From Camelus dromedarius (lineage: Eukaryota), in assembly GCF_036321535.1 (NCBI RefSeq), contig NC_087447.1:43402001-43466000 (forward strand): a stretch of 64,000 nt of DNA, written 5' to 3'. The notes below the pieces were generated by a model. That model saw only the letters and a program-made list of their open reading frames with translations, was not told where the DNA came from and made no database searches. Shown one piece after another: positions 63,689-64,000 of this stretch. Numbering within the stretch: position 1 is the first letter of the stretch; each line of letters starts with the position of its first letter. Position numbers and translations under genes: made by a program.

Positions 63689-64000
63689 TTAAATGTTCAG
63701 GGTCCGTTTATTTACCATCTGAGGGATGAACCTGTGTGTACTGTCTAGTACCTTCCTTAAGGCTATCTGCATTTCTTCGTTTCTTAGACTGTAAACAATG
63801 GGATTAAGCAGAGGTGTCAGCACTGTGTAGGTCACAGCCCTCAGCATATCTTCACGGAATGAGTCACTGTCCTTGGGCCTCAAGTAGATAAAACCAGCAA
63901 ATCCGTAGTGCATGCACACCACAGTGAGGTGGGAGGAGCAAGTTGAGAAGGCCTTATACCTCCCCTTGGCAGAAGGCATCTTCATAATGATGGACCCAAT
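63689..64000 (-). CDS. Olfactory receptor family 10 (OR10AB-like by synteny), 3' part only; 5' end lies beyond the window
   Basis: KMPSAKGRYKAFSTCSSHLTVVCMHYG...YLRP...TPLLNPIVYSLRN, stop at 63689. The HYG in TM6 is typical of OR10. Whether the full gene is intact cannot be seen. Confidence 0.85.
   Translation of the reverse strand: MGSIIMKMPSAKGRYKAFSTCSSHLTVVCMHYGFAGFIYLRPKDSDSFREDMLRAVTYTVLTPLLNPIVYSLRNEEMQIALRKVLDSTHRFIPQMVNKRTLNI

Noticed and set aside
1..64000. CRISPR arrays, operons, rRNA, or intact retroviral/transposase genes
   Set aside because: None seen. The sequence is mammalian and all mobile elements are solo LTRs or decayed fragments.

Overview
Mammalian genomic DNA, very probably a camelid, judged from seven copies of a tRNA-derived Vic-1-type SINE. 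It is part of a class II olfactory receptor (OR) cluster. Gene order and orientation match, in reverse, the human 11p15.4 block as I recall it (OR10A6/OR10A3 - OR5E1P - OR5P3 - OR5P2 - OR10AB1P). There are four apparently intact single-coding-exon ORs: OR10A-like (+), OR5E1-like (-), OR5P3 (+) and OR5P2-like (+). The 3' part of a fifth, family-10 OR runs off the right edge. Two OR pseudogene relics lie at ~36.7-37.6 kb and ~51.1-51.5 kb. The rest is mostly L1, L2, MIR, SINE, LTR and hAT debris plus some unique non-coding sequence. I find no evidence of a wholly new biological system. The most notable observations are: (1) a 3'-truncated antisense L1 whose ORF1 remnant is fused to the end of the OR5P2-like gene and supplies its stop codon; (2) a CpG-rich, promoter-like core kept inside that L1 5' UTR; (3) a heavily decayed OR relic that still has a 198-codon open frame and intact-looking splice signals; (4) a triple-CCAAT, CpG-retaining candidate promoter beside a perfect AP-1 inverted repeat; (5) candidate Lhx2/Ebf-type OR enhancers. 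Repeat subfamily and ortholog names come from recalled consensus/protein sequences, not database searches.
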